The position numbers and the translations under genes are program-made. A stretch of DNA of 64,000 bases. Source: Dermatophilaceae bacterium. Its GTDB lineage: Bacteria > Actinomycetota > Actinomycetes > Actinomycetales > Dermatophilaceae. The notes under the pieces were generated by a model. It saw nothing but the letters and a program-made list of their open reading frames with translations. It did no database searches and had not been told where the DNA came from. Position 1 is the stretch's first letter. Each line of letters begins with the position of its first letter. Of the stretch, positions 54,663 through 63,747 are shown one piece after another. The stretch spans positions 3,309 to 67,308 of the forward strand of contig DAITND010000001.1 in assembly GCA_036834825.1 (NCBI GenBank), given 5' to 3'.

Positions 54663-55865
54663 ATGCTCCGTGTAGGACTCACCGGTGGGATCGGCTCGGG
54701 CAAATCGACCGTGGCACAACGGTTTCGGGAGCTCGGGGCTGTGGTCATCGACGCAGACCAGCTGGCGCGTGAGGTCGTCGCCGTCGACTCGGACGGCCTG
54801 GCCGCGATCCGCCAACGCTTTGGTGACGTGGTGATGACACCCGATGGTTCTCTGGACCGTGGCGCCTTGGGCGCGATCGTCTTCGCCGACGCGCGGGCGC
54901 GTAAGGATCTCGAGGCGATCACCCACCCGCTGATCGCTGCTCGAACCCGCCTGCTCGCGGAGGCGGCAGCGCCTGAGAAGGTCGTGGTGCATGAGGTGCC
55001 ACTGCTCGCTGAGCTGGACAAGGCCGCCGCGTATCACCTCACTCTTGTCGTCTGCGCTGAGAACGACATCCGTATGGCGCGCCTCACCGGTGGGCGCGGC
55101 TTCGCTGAGGCCGATGCGCGGGCTCGCATCGAGGCCCAGGCCAGCGATCGTGCACGCCGGGCGGCTGCTGATGCGTGCCTGGACAACAACGGAACCGTGG
55201 ATGGGCTTCTGACCCAGGTCGACGCGCTGTGGCAGGACAGGATCGTCGGCTTCAACGACAACCTGATGAGTGGTTCTCCCAGCCGTCGACCTGACCCCCC
55301 GGCGCTTGTGGCATATGACGATTCGTGGCCGCTCGCGGCGACACGGCTCAGCCGGCGGACAAGTCTGGCGCTGGGAGGGCGGGCGGTGGCCGTCGAGCAC
55401 ATTGGGTCGACCAGCGTTCCGGGTCTGGTCGCCGAGGATGTGATCGATCTGCAGGTCGGCGTGCGGGTGCCGACCGATGCCGACAACTCGGCATTCATAC
55501 GCGCACTGACGGACAAGGGCTTTCCTCGCGCAGCGGGCGAAGACCTCACGTCTGAGCGCGTGCTGCCATGGGTTGACGATGCGACCCTGCGGCGCGAGCG
55601 CCTTCACGGCAGCGCTGACCCGGGACGGATCGCGCGCCTACACGTGCGTGAGGTCGATGGAGCGGCTTGGCGCACCGCGCTCCTGTTCCGGGACTGGCTG
55701 CGCGCGGAGGTCGACGAGCGCGAGGCCTATGGCGCCCTCAAGCGTCACCTGGCGGAGACTGCCACCACGACAACGGAATATGTGCAGTCTCGGGGGTCAT
55801 GGTTGGAGAAGGCCTTCGCGCGAGCGGATGCGTGGGCTGGGCGTACCGGATGGAGCGCCAGGTAA
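54663..55865 (+). CDS. coaE: Dephospho-CoA kinase fused to a GrpB/UPF0157 domain
   Basis: MLRVGLTGGIGSGKSTVAQRF...VIDADQLAREVV... The C-terminal ~200 aa read ...VEHIGSTSVPGLVAEDVIDLQVGV...HVREVDGAAWRTALLFRDWLR, the same fusion as M. tuberculosis Rv1631. Confidence 0.9.
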   Translation: MLRVGLTGGIGSGKSTVAQRFRELGAVVIDADQLAREVVAVDSDGLAAIRQRFGDVVMTPDGSLDRGALGAIVFADARARKDLEAITHPLIAARTRLLAEAAAPEKVVVHEVPLLAELDKAAAYHLTLVVCAENDIRMARLTGGRGFAEADARARIEAQASDRARRAAADACLDNNGTVDGLLTQVDALWQDRIVGFNDNLMSGSPSRRPDPPALVAYDDSWPLAATRLSRRTSLALGGRAVAVEHIGSTSVPGLVAEDVIDLQVGVRVPTDADNSAFIRALTDKGFPRAAGEDLTSERVLPWVDDATLRRERLHGSADPGRIARLHVREVDGAAWRTALLFRDWLRAEVDEREAYGALKRHLAETATTTTEYVQSRGSWLEKAFARADAWAGRTGWSAR

Positions 55866-56148
55866 GCGGTCAGAGCAACCCGGAGAGTGTCCACGGTCAG
55901 GGCGATGAGCTCGACCCACGATTCTCGTTGGCCGGTGAGCGCACGGCGCTTGCCTGGCCGCGGTTTACCGCGGCAGCCGGTGTGCCGGTCGTCGGGTGCA
56001 CCGCAGCTTCGGGCGGCTGCGGCACGGGCATGGACCGTTCTCGCCATTGGACCCCGTGCCTCGCGTCGCTGTGGTGACGGGCCTGGTGGCGGTTTTCGGC
56101 CTGGCAACTTCGCTGGTCCTTGTATTGAGCGCAACCGAGCAGAGCTGA
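55850..56148 (+). pseudogene. DUF202 (YidH-like) small membrane protein with an apparent frameshift
   Basis: ATG 55850 overlaps the coaE end. The DUF202 motif DPRFSLAGERTALAW is present. This frame stops at 56077. A hydrophobic helix RVAVVTGLVAVFGLATSLVLVLSATEQS continues in another frame to 56148. One indel near 56030-56050 would join the two parts. Confidence 0.35.
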
Positions 56149-56221
56149 AGCCAGCACCGAACCGGTCCAGAGCTGAACTGAGCAGGTGACCGCCGTCGGT
56201 GTAGACGTCTACGGTTGACCT

Positions 56222-58333
56222 ATGCGGCCCACGACGGATCTTCAGCGGACGGTTGCCCCATTCCATGTGGTCGCCGACTTTGCGCCCAGCGGCGACCAGC
56301 CGACGGCGATCGCCGACCTGACCAAGCGGATCCAGGCGGGGGAGCAGGACGTCGTGCTGCTGGGTGCGACTGGCACGGGCAAATCGGCCACCGCTGCCTG
56401 GCTCATTGAACAGGTGCAACGCCCGACGCTGGTCATGGCGCCAAACAAGACGCTTGCCGCGCAGCTGGCCAACGAGTTCCGTGAGCTGCTACCGGACAAT
56501 GCCGTCGAGTACTTCGTCAGCTACTACGACTACTACCAGCCTGAGGCGTACATCGCCCAGACGGACACCTACATCGAGAAGGACTCCTCGATCAACGACG
56601 AGGTGGAGCGGCTGCGGCACAGTGCCACGAACTCGCTGCTGACCCGGCGTGACGTCATCGTGGTGGCCTCCGTTTCCTGCATCTATGGCCTGGGGACTCC
56701 GCAGGAGTACGTCGACCGGATGGTCCGCCTCAAGGTCGGCGCACAGATCGTACGCGACGACCTGTTGCGTCAGTTCGTCCAGATGCAGTACACGCGCAAC
56801 GACATTGCGTTCACCCGCGGCACCTTTCGTGTGCGCGGGGACACGGTGGAGATCATCCCGGTCTATGAGCAGCTCGCGATCCGGATCGAGTTCTTCGGCG
56901 ATGAGATCGAGCGCATCTACACCCTGCACCCGCTCACGGGTGAGATCGTGCGAGAGGAGGAGGAGATGTATGTTTTTCCCGCGACGCACTACGTGGCAGG
57001 CCCTGAACGCATGGAGCGGGCGGTTCGCGGCATCGAGGCTGAGCTCGAGGAACAGCTGGCCGCGTTCGAGAAGCAGGGCAAGCTGCTGGAGGCCCAACGG
57101 CTGCGGATGCGCACGACCTATGACCTGGAGATGATGCGTCAGGTCGGCTCCTGCTCCGGCATCGAGAACTACTCACTGCACATTGATGGTCGGGCACGAG
57201 GCTCTGCGCCCAACTGCCTGCTCGACTACTTCCCGGAGGACTTCCTGCTGGTCATCGACGAGTCGCACGTCACCGTGCCACAGATCGGAGCCATGTACGA
57301 AGGCGACATGTCGCGCAAACGCAACCTGGTTGATTTCGGGTTCCGGCTGCCCAGCGCGATGGACAACCGGCCGCTGCGCTGGGATGAGTTTCTGGGAAGG
57401 ACGGGGCAGACGGTCTATATGTCGGCGACGCCGGGGACATACGAGCTGGCCAAGGCCGACGGCGTGGTCGAGCAGATCATTCGTCCGACCGGCCTGGTCG
57501 ACCCACAGATCGTGCTTAAGCCGACCAAGGGCCAGATCGACGATCTGCTGCACGAGATCGGCGAACGCACGGCCAAACACGAACGGGTACTGGTCACCAC
57601 GTTGACCAAGAAGATGGCCGAGGACCTGACTGACTACCTGCTGGACAAGGGCGTCAGGGTGCGTTATCTCCACTCGGAGGTCGACACGTTGCGCCGCGTC
57701 GAGCTGTTGCGCGAGCTGCGGATGGGAGAGTACGACGTCCTGGTCGGTATCAACCTGCTGCGTGAGGGCCTTGACCTGCCAGAGGTCTCACTGGTGAGCA
57801 TTCTGGACGCCGACAAGGAGGGGTTCCTGCGCTCCGCCCGAAGCCTGATCCAGACCATCGGCCGTGCCGCTCGCAACGTCTCCGGCGAGGTTCACATGTA
57901 CGCCGACAAGGTCACGCCTTCGATGGAGCAGGCTATCGACGAAACAACTAGGCGGCGCGCCATCCAGGTGGCCTACAACCTGGAAAGGGGTCTGGATCCC
58001 CAGCCTCTACGCAAGAAGATCGCGGATATCACCGATCTGCTCGAGCGCGAGGACGCCGATACCGAGGCTCTGCTGGGCAGCGGTCGATCCCAGTCACGCG
58101 GGAAGGCCCGCGGTGGCGCCGGCGGACGGGGCGCCCTGGCCGCCGATATCGGAGTGTCCAGCGGGCGACTGGCCGAGATGCCTGCCGCCGACCTGGCCAA
58201 TCTCATCCAGGAGCTCACGGCGCAGATGCACCAGGCCGCCTCCGACCTGCACTTCGAGCTCGCCGCCCGGCTGCGCGATGAACTGGGCGATCTCAAGAAA
58301 GAGCTGCGTCAGATGAACGAAGCAACCCGATGA
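56222..58333 (+). CDS. uvrB: Excinuclease ABC subunit B
   Basis: [20 protein letters not shown]...[12 protein letters not shown]...[16 protein letters not shown]... The C-terminal UVR domain reads [18 protein letters not shown]. Confidence 0.96.
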   Translation: MRPTTDLQRTVAPFHVVADFAPSGDQPTAIADLTKRIQAGEQDVVLLGATGTGKSATAAWLIEQVQRPTLVMAPNKTLAAQLANEFRELLPDNAVEYFVSYYDYYQPEAYIAQTDTYIEKDSSINDEVERLRHSATNSLLTRRDVIVVASVSCIYGLGTPQEYVDRMVRLKVGAQIVRDDLLRQFVQMQYTRNDIAFTRGTFRVRGDTVEIIPVYEQLAIRIEFFGDEIERIYTLHPLTGEIVREEEEMYVFPATHYVAGPERMERAVRGIEAELEEQLAAFEKQGKLLEAQRLRMRTTYDLEMMRQVGSCSGIENYSLHIDGRARGSAPNCLLDYFPEDFLLVIDESHVTVPQIGAMYEGDMSRKRNLVDFGFRLPSAMDNRPLRWDEFLGRTGQTVYMSATPGTYELAKADGVVEQIIRPTGLVDPQIVLKPTKGQIDDLLHEIGERTAKHERVLVTTLTKKMAEDLTDYLLDKGVRVRYLHSEVDTLRRVELLRELRMGEYDVLVGINLLREGLDLPEVSLVSILDADKEGFLRSARSLIQTIGRAARNVSGEVHMYADKVTPSMEQAIDETTRRRAIQVAYNLERGLDPQPLRKKIADITDLLEREDADTEALLGSGRSQSRGKARGGAGGRGALAADIGVSSGRLAEMPAADLANLIQELTAQMHQAASDLHFELAARLRDELGDLKKELRQMNEATR

Positions 58334-58440
58334 GTCTGGGCCCCACCCATGTCGCCACCACCCAGGTCGCCGCAGCACAGCGCTGACGGCAACGAACACT
58401 AGAAGGCATTGGCCCCGGACTCTGGGATACTGTTCGTATC

Positions 58441-58552
58441 AGGGAGGGGAGTATCCCCGCGCGGCGTCCTCGTCAACACGGATCAGCAGAGTCTCTGAGC
58501 CCGGCTGCTCCCGGGGAGTCGGTCTGCCATCAGGGCGGGAGAGACCTCCGGC
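58441..58552 (+). promoter_or_regulatory. yybP-ykoY (Mn2+) riboswitch-like leader of terC
   Basis: Read directly: aGGGAGGGGAGUAuccc...cGUCAACACgg...GGGCGGGAGAGACCUCCgg. GGAGG (58444-58448) can pair with CCUCC (58545-58549) as P1. The conserved GGGGAGUA, CAACAC and GAGAGACC blocks appear in the canonical order. It lies 40 nt upstream of a TerC-family gene, the typical regulated target. Confidence 0.7.
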
Positions 58553-58590
58553 CACTTGCTCCTGCACCGTGACAGGAAGGCGTTCCCCCG

Positions 58591-59580
58591 ATGAATATTC
58601 CACCGTGGGTCTGGATCCTGACGGTCGGGCTGACGGGCGCAGTCCTGCTGGTGGACGTGGTGATCATCGGTCGCAGACCCCACGTCCCGTCCATGGCCGA
58701 AGCAGGGCGCTACCTCGCCATGTACGTGGTCTTCGCCGTCCTGTTCGGAGCGGGTGTGTGGTATTTCTCTGGCGCCGACTTCGCTGCCCAGTACTACGCC
58801 GGCTGGCTGACCGAGTACAGCCTGAGCGTCGACAACCTCTTCGTGTTCCTGATCATCATGGCCAAGTTCGGTGTCCCCGAGAAGCTGCAGCAGACTGCCT
58901 TGATGGTCGGCATCGTCATCGCACTGATCCTGCGCGGCATCTTCATTGCGATCGGGGCCGCAGCCATCAACCAGTTCTCCTGGATCTTCTACGTCTTCGG
59001 CGCATTCCTCATCTACACCGCCGTCACGCTGGCCAGGGAAGGCGGCAGCGACGACGACGAGTTCAAGGAGAACCGCATCCTGAAATGGGTCGAGAGCCGA
59101 TTCCCGGCAACGAACGAGTGGCAGGGCACCAAACTAGCCATCAGGTCCAACGGGAGCCGCATCATCACGCCGATGTTCATCGTCATCCTGGCCTTGGGCA
59201 CCACCGACCTGCTCTTCGCACTGGACTCAATTCCCGCGATCTTCGGTCTGACCCAGGAGCCCTTCCTGGTGCTGACAGCAAACATCTTCGCGCTCATGGG
59301 TCTGCGCCAGCTCTATTTCCTCATCGGTGGTCTGCTCAAGCGCCTGGTCTATCTAGGTATCGGCCTGGCCTTCCTGCTCTCGTTCATCGGCATAAAGCTG
59401 ATCCTGCATGCGGCGCACGTCAACGAGCTGCCGTTCATCAACGATGGGCACCCCGTGCGGGGTGCTCCGGACATCTCGATCGGTCAGTCACTGACGGTCA
59501 TCATCGTCATCCTGGCCATCACGACGATCGCGAGCCTGCTCAAGAGTCGCAAGGACAACGCGGTCACGGAGGTGCTCTGA
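58591..59580 (+). CDS. TerC-family integral membrane protein
   Basis: YYAGWLTEYSLSVDNLFVFLIIMAKFGVP...ILALGTTDLLFALDSIPAIFGLTQEPFLVLTANIFALMGLRQLYFL. Confidence 0.9.
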   Translation: MNIPPWVWILTVGLTGAVLLVDVVIIGRRPHVPSMAEAGRYLAMYVVFAVLFGAGVWYFSGADFAAQYYAGWLTEYSLSVDNLFVFLIIMAKFGVPEKLQQTALMVGIVIALILRGIFIAIGAAAINQFSWIFYVFGAFLIYTAVTLAREGGSDDDEFKENRILKWVESRFPATNEWQGTKLAIRSNGSRIITPMFIVILALGTTDLLFALDSIPAIFGLTQEPFLVLTANIFALMGLRQLYFLIGGLLKRLVYLGIGLAFLLSFIGIKLILHAAHVNELPFINDGHPVRGAPDISIGQSLTVIIVILAITTIASLLKSRKDNAVTEVL

Positions 59581-59633
59581 CGTACCTCCAGTGGCGCGAG
59601 TTGGATCGCGCGCCAGGGCTGGTGCGGGGGATC

Positions 59634-60518
59634 TCACTGGTTCGTGGTCTCGGCCAACGCTTCGGGTGTTGAAGGCACGGACCTCCTACTCATCACCAGT
59701 CCACTGGCCGCAACGACGCACGCCATGCCGAGCAGCTGTGATGGGTTGAGTCTTTGGCCAAGCACGAACAGTCCTGCCACGGCGGCCACGGCCGGTTCGA
59801 GGCTGAGCAGGATGCCGAACACGTGGGCAGCCAGTCGCCGCAGGGCGATCAGCTCCAGGGAGTACGGGAGGACCGACGACAGCACAGCGATGGTGGCACC
59901 CCGCCAGAGCGCGTCAGGGGTCCACAGTGCTGACCCCGCGGTCGCCACCCCGACGGGAGCCACCAGCGCGGCTGCGATCGTCATGGCGATGGCCAGCCCG
60001 TCAAGCTGGGCGAAGCGCGCACCCGTACGACTGCTGAAGACGATGTATCCCGCCCAGGCAGCTCCAGCAGCCAGGGCGAGTCCTAGGCCGGTCAGGTCAA
60101 TCTGCGCCCATGGTGTGCTGGTGACCCCGGAGATCAGGATAACGCCGATCGCCGCACCGGCAACGGCGAGCAGATCCTTGCGACGGTGGGACAAGACGGT
60201 GGCCAGCACCAGCGGACCGATGAACTCCACGGTGACCGTCACGCCGATGGGTATCCGGGCCAACGCCCCATAGAAGAAGAGATTCATCATCGCCAGGATC
60301 GCGCCGAACGAGCCGACCACCAGCCAGTCCCCTGCGGTTCGGCCCCGCAGCCGGGGCCGAACGACAATGAGCAAAACCGTGGCCGCAATGGTCAGCCGCA
60401 ACGTCACCGACCCGAACACGCCGACCACGGGGATCAGTGTGGCCGCCATCGCCCCACCGAACTGCACCGAGATGACGGCTGCGAGCACCAGCAGCGGTGC
60501 GGGGATCCGACGAGTCAC
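59634..60518 (-). CDS. EamA/DMT-family transporter
   Basis: 294 aa, 10 helices. ...SVQFGGAMAATLIP... and ...VLSSVLPYSLELIALRRL are present. Confidence 0.8.
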   Translation of the reverse strand: MTRRIPAPLLVLAAVISVQFGGAMAATLIPVVGVFGSVTLRLTIAATVLLIVVRPRLRGRTAGDWLVVGSFGAILAMMNLFFYGALARIPIGVTVTVEFIGPLVLATVLSHRRKDLLAVAGAAIGVILISGVTSTPWAQIDLTGLGLALAAGAAWAGYIVFSSRTGARFAQLDGLAIAMTIAAALVAPVGVATAGSALWTPDALWRGATIAVLSSVLPYSLELIALRRLAAHVFGILLSLEPAVAAVAGLFVLGQRLNPSQLLGMACVVAASGLVMSRRSVPSTPEALAETTNQ

Positions 60519-61351
60519 CCGGCGCTCGCGGTGGGGGCGGGCAAGAACGGCACCCGGCCGGCCCCGATGAGGGTTTTCCTGCGTGCCGGAGTGAGAAGTT
60601 CCTCGATGACCACCGAGCCTGTCTGCGGGGCGTGGAGCATCCGGGACGGCCCTGTGACGATGCCCACGTGATGTGGTCGCATGCCTTCATGAGCGAAGAA
60701 GAAGAGGTCACCGGGTTGGGCCATGACCGCCGGGATGTGCTCGCAGGCGTCGTACTGATCGTCGGCGTCTCGAGGGACGACCACGCCAAGTCGGCGCAGG
60801 CTCAGGTGGACCAGACCCGAGCAGTCCAGCCCCACATCGCACAACCCGCCCCACAAGTAGGCGACGCCCAGGTGTGTGCGCGCCACCGCGATGAAGTCCC
60901 TGGCGTCTGCTCCGACCTCGGGGCGGCCGTTCACGGTCGCCAGCGGCGCGCAGTCGGGGACCTGCTCACGGACATGCGCGGCGAGCACCCATCCCGGATA
61001 GCCCCGTGCATCCAGGGTGCTGGGCTGCAGCGGTGCGACGATCTGGAGCCAGCCCTGATCGGGGGACCCTGCCACCCGGCCGCTCCCATCGCCGGTGATG
61101 AGCACCGGCTCGCAGCACTCGAGCTGGGTAAGCACCCGGCCGTGCAGGCCCAGGCGGGCAGCGGCCGCGTCCAGGTCGGCCAACCAGGCGAGCACATCGG
61201 GTTCTGGCGCAACAGCCCAGGCATCCACGTCGCGGGGGGCCGTAGGGCTGGCCCAGAGCGCGGTGAGGGGAACGGTGATGTAGCCGCGACTGTTCACGCT
61301 CGACATCGTCACACGTGGCCGGGTCCACCGCGGGACCTGGGTCAGCGACAC
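60515..61351 (-). CDS. C40 (NlpC/P60) peptidase with N-terminal SH3b-like region, no signal peptide
   Basis: GVAYLWGGLCDVGLDCSGLVHLSLRRLGVVVPRDADDQY...GDLFFFAHEGMRPHHVGIV... gives a Cys/His catalytic pair. It overlaps the EamA start by 4 nt. Confidence 0.8.
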   Translation of the reverse strand: MSLTQVPRWTRPRVTMSSVNSRGYITVPLTALWASPTAPRDVDAWAVAPEPDVLAWLADLDAAAARLGLHGRVLTQLECCEPVLITGDGSGRVAGSPDQGWLQIVAPLQPSTLDARGYPGWVLAAHVREQVPDCAPLATVNGRPEVGADARDFIAVARTHLGVAYLWGGLCDVGLDCSGLVHLSLRRLGVVVPRDADDQYDACEHIPAVMAQPGDLFFFAHEGMRPHHVGIVTGPSRMLHAPQTGSVVIEELLTPARRKTLIGAGRVPFLPAPTASAG

Positions 61352-61740
61352 AGGCAGAACGGGTGACCAGCCGGGTCCGCGTAGACCCTGAAGCTGCTCG
61401 TCTCGTCAGCCTCGGGTGCACTCGTTGGCGAGAGGGCAGTGGCGCCAAGGGCGAGCGCTCGCCGGTGCGCGACGGCCACGTCGTCCACGGTCAGGTCGAG
61501 ATGCAGCTGCTGCGGCGGCCCGTCCGGCCACTGGGGCGCCACATAGTTGGTGGCGCGCTGAAAGGCCAGCGAGACCCCTGAACCGTCGCCGCGCAGGCTC
61601 TGCCACGAGTCGTCTCCGTCGTCGGCGATCTCCTGACCCAGAAGACCCGCGTAGAACTCGGCCAGAGCACGAGGATCAGGACAATCGAGCACGACGGTGT
61701 CGAAGCGGCCGACAGGAACGCGCGCTGATGGGGTGCTCAT
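61342..61740 (-). CDS. VOC/glyoxalase-family protein
   Basis: VGRFDTVVLDCPDPRALAEFYAGLLG...QQLHLDLTVDD...VYADPAGHPFCL. Confidence 0.75.
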   Translation of the reverse strand: MSTPSARVPVGRFDTVVLDCPDPRALAEFYAGLLGQEIADDGDDSWQSLRGDGSGVSLAFQRATNYVAPQWPDGPPQQLHLDLTVDDVAVAHRRALALGATALSPTSAPEADETSSFRVYADPAGHPFCLCR

Positions 61741-61982
61741 GCCAGGCAGCCCATCGGTCCGGCTCCGGACCCGGTAGTGGCCGTCGCCTTGGCGTGGGCA
61801 CCACGACGGCCGTGAACCAGAGCAACCACGTGCGCGACAGCTGTCTTGAACCGCGATGACGCTTCACTCGGGTCTGTGGCGGCGGACTGGGCCGTGGCGA
61901 TCCGCTCGTGGCGTCGTGCAGCGGCCTCCAGCTCGTGGGTGCGCTGATCAGTCAGGGCCTGGTAGATCTGGTGGGGAACCAT
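61737..61982 (-). CDS. Hypothetical 81-aa protein, first gene of the VOC-C40-EamA operon
   Basis: MVPHQIYQALTDQRTHELEAAARRHERIATAQS... overlaps the VOC start by 4 nt. No family recognised. Confidence 0.4.
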   Translation of the reverse strand: MVPHQIYQALTDQRTHELEAAARRHERIATAQSAATDPSEASSRFKTAVAHVVALVHGRRGAHAKATATTGSGAGPMGCLA

Positions 61983-62087
61983 GGTGACCTCCTGGTGATT
62001 GTCCGGTCATCGGTGGTGATAACCGCTTAAACCAGAATGCCAGTTAGTTTGACTTCGCGCAACTGCCTATTTTGCTACACTGGTTAC

Positions 62088-62606
62088 ATGCCAGCGGCCA
62101 GTGAACTCGTCCGTCTCGACGTCTGCGGTGACCCCGCAGACCTGGTCGTGCGGTTCCTCAACACCCTTGACGTCGAGGCCGGCACTGATGCGATTGACAC
62201 TCTCGATGGCTGGGTGTCGTGGCTTTCGGCTCAAGGCCTGGATGGTTGCTTCGGACCACAAGATCTCGGTGCTCTCGGCCGGGCTCTCGAGCTGCGCGGC
62301 GATCTGCGGGCCCTGGCCATGGGCGAGCAGCATGCTCAGGGGCGGCAGGTCGACGTACAGGTGGCGTTGACAGCCGACGGTCAGGTCGAGCTGAGCGCGC
62401 CTACGGCCGCGGGGTTCTTGGCGGCAGCTGCAGCAAAGGTCGCCATCGAGACCCGGATCGACCGGATCAAGATCTGCCCGGCGGACGACTGCCGGTGGGC
62501 GTTCTACGACACCTCTCGCAACCGTTCGCGGCAGTGGTGCTCGATGCAGGTGTGCGGCAACAGGGCCAAGGCCCGTGCCCATCGCCAACGCAGCGCATCC
62601 GCCTGA
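62088..62606 (+). CDS. CGNR zinc-finger domain protein
   Basis: The C-terminal part RIDRIKICPADDCRWAFYDTSRNRSRQWCSMQVCGNRAKARAHRQR is the CGNR zinc finger. It is divergent from the 61982 operon. Confidence 0.8.
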   Translation: MPAASELVRLDVCGDPADLVVRFLNTLDVEAGTDAIDTLDGWVSWLSAQGLDGCFGPQDLGALGRALELRGDLRALAMGEQHAQGRQVDVQVALTADGQVELSAPTAAGFLAAAAAKVAIETRIDRIKICPADDCRWAFYDTSRNRSRQWCSMQVCGNRAKARAHRQRSASA

Positions 62607-62621
62607 TCGCCCCTCACCTGC

Positions 62622-63010
62622 CTACCGGCTTCGCTCTGCCCACTCCTGAAGACGTGGGCGCTGCGCTCCGAGCGCGGTGTCAGCCCCGTGGCCGGGATAG
62701 ATCCACGTGTCATCGCATAGACGTCGAAGATCCGGGTCTGGACATCGCCCAGCAACGAGGCGAAGCGCTCGTGGTCCTCATCGACATTACCGACGCCGCC
62801 GAGAAAGAGGCGGTGGGCACCTTGCGCGGGGCCGCTGAAGATTCGGAGTTCAGGGTGTTTGGGTTGACCCCGGCTGGTAGACACAACGGCGGGGGCCGAA
62901 GGACTCGACCCTGGATGGACGCCGAGCGCATTGAATACTCGGAACTGATGGGTTCCTCGGTGCGCCTCCTGGGCAGGCAGCACGACCAGCTGTCGCCCCT
63001 GTAGTCAGAA
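62622..63010 (-). pseudogene. MBL-fold hydrolase remnant (C-terminal part, frameshifted)
   Basis: One frame reads LRIFSGP...LFLGGVGNVDEDHERFASLLGDVQTRIFD. A second frame continues DDTWIYPGHGADTALGAQRPRLQEWAERSR and stops at 62622-62624. The upstream metal-binding HxHxDH part was not found. Confidence 0.4.
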
Positions 63011-63088
63011 ACCTGCAACCAGGGCGATGACGGGACGACGAAAGGGCTTTGAAGCGCGGCTCAGCTGGCCTTGACGGTGCTGGCGTCC

Positions 63089-63484
63089 TTATGGCTCGTG
63101 CTGGGAGTTGCGTACCTCGTTGCTAGTCGACAGGCATGGCCCGGGGGCTTGGAGCACGGCCCAGGTGACCTTCCCACCATCGGCGGTGGGCAGAACCCCG
63201 GACGCGCGTGAGAGGAGAGCGACGACGGAGAGCCTTCGCCGGTGCAGGTCAAGGTCTGAAGGCCGCTGACCTGGCAGTGCGGGACCGTGCTCTCGAACTG
63301 TCAGGCGTAGGGCCCCACGGTCCCAGACGATGGCCACCTCGTGGTCGGTGCTGACATCCATCGTCAAGTCAGCCACGAGCTCGCTGAGCACCAGGCTCGC
63401 AAAGGGGATGACCGATTCCAACCGCCAGTTCAGCAGGGTGCGCGTGACGAATCGGACAACAAAGTCAACGGCAACTCCACACAA
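63089..63484 (-). CDS. Anti-sigma-factor-like ATP-binding protein (HATPase_c/RsbW-like)
   Basis: DFVVRFVTRTLLNWRL...ASLVLSELVADLT...LRLTVREHGPALP...RRLSVVALLSRASGVLPTADGGKVTWAVL. The true N-terminus may lie in another frame upstream (63485-63700). Confidence 0.45.
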   Translation of the reverse strand: MCGVAVDFVVRFVTRTLLNWRLESVIPFASLVLSELVADLTMDVSTDHEVAIVWDRGALRLTVREHGPALPGQRPSDLDLHRRRLSVVALLSRASGVLPTADGGKVTWAVLQAPGPCLSTSNEVRNSQHEP

Positions 63485-63747
63485 CGGATCCGTCGATTGC
63501 CCGTGGAGGCATCGTCATCATCTCCACTGCGTTTCTGGGTGGAGCTAACCCGACGAACAACGTCGTACGGGACAACAGCGCCCACGGCAACCGGCCCGCT
63601 GACATCTTCTGGGACGGCAGTGGATTCGGGAACAAGGTCGTAGCCCACAATTGTCGCAGGGCCGTCCCCGGCAGCCTCGGGTGGTGCGTCAGCCACCACT
63701 AGCCTGGACAGAGCGGGCGGGACTGACGGCCTGTTCCAGAGACACGG

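Noticed and set aside
52790-55021. 743-aa ORF on the minus strand opposite rpsA/coaE. Similar long antisense ORFs are 32477..34003 (opposite pyk), 19127..20593 (trpE), 22177..23682 (trpB), 23538..24752 (trpA), 14686..16062 (ABC), 31419..32537 (gltD) and 39991..41271.
   Set aside because: All lie exactly opposite strongly recognisable genes. Their translations are Arg/Gly/Pro/Asp-rich low-complexity strings with no motifs. These are typical shadow ORFs of a high-GC genome.
55745-56419. 224-aa minus-strand ORF spanning the coaE-uvrB spacer (the position of Rv1632c in M. tuberculosis).
   Set aside because: The translation is Arg/Pro/Gly-rich and overlaps both the coaE end and the uvrB start. 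The plus-strand DUF202 reading explains the spacer better.
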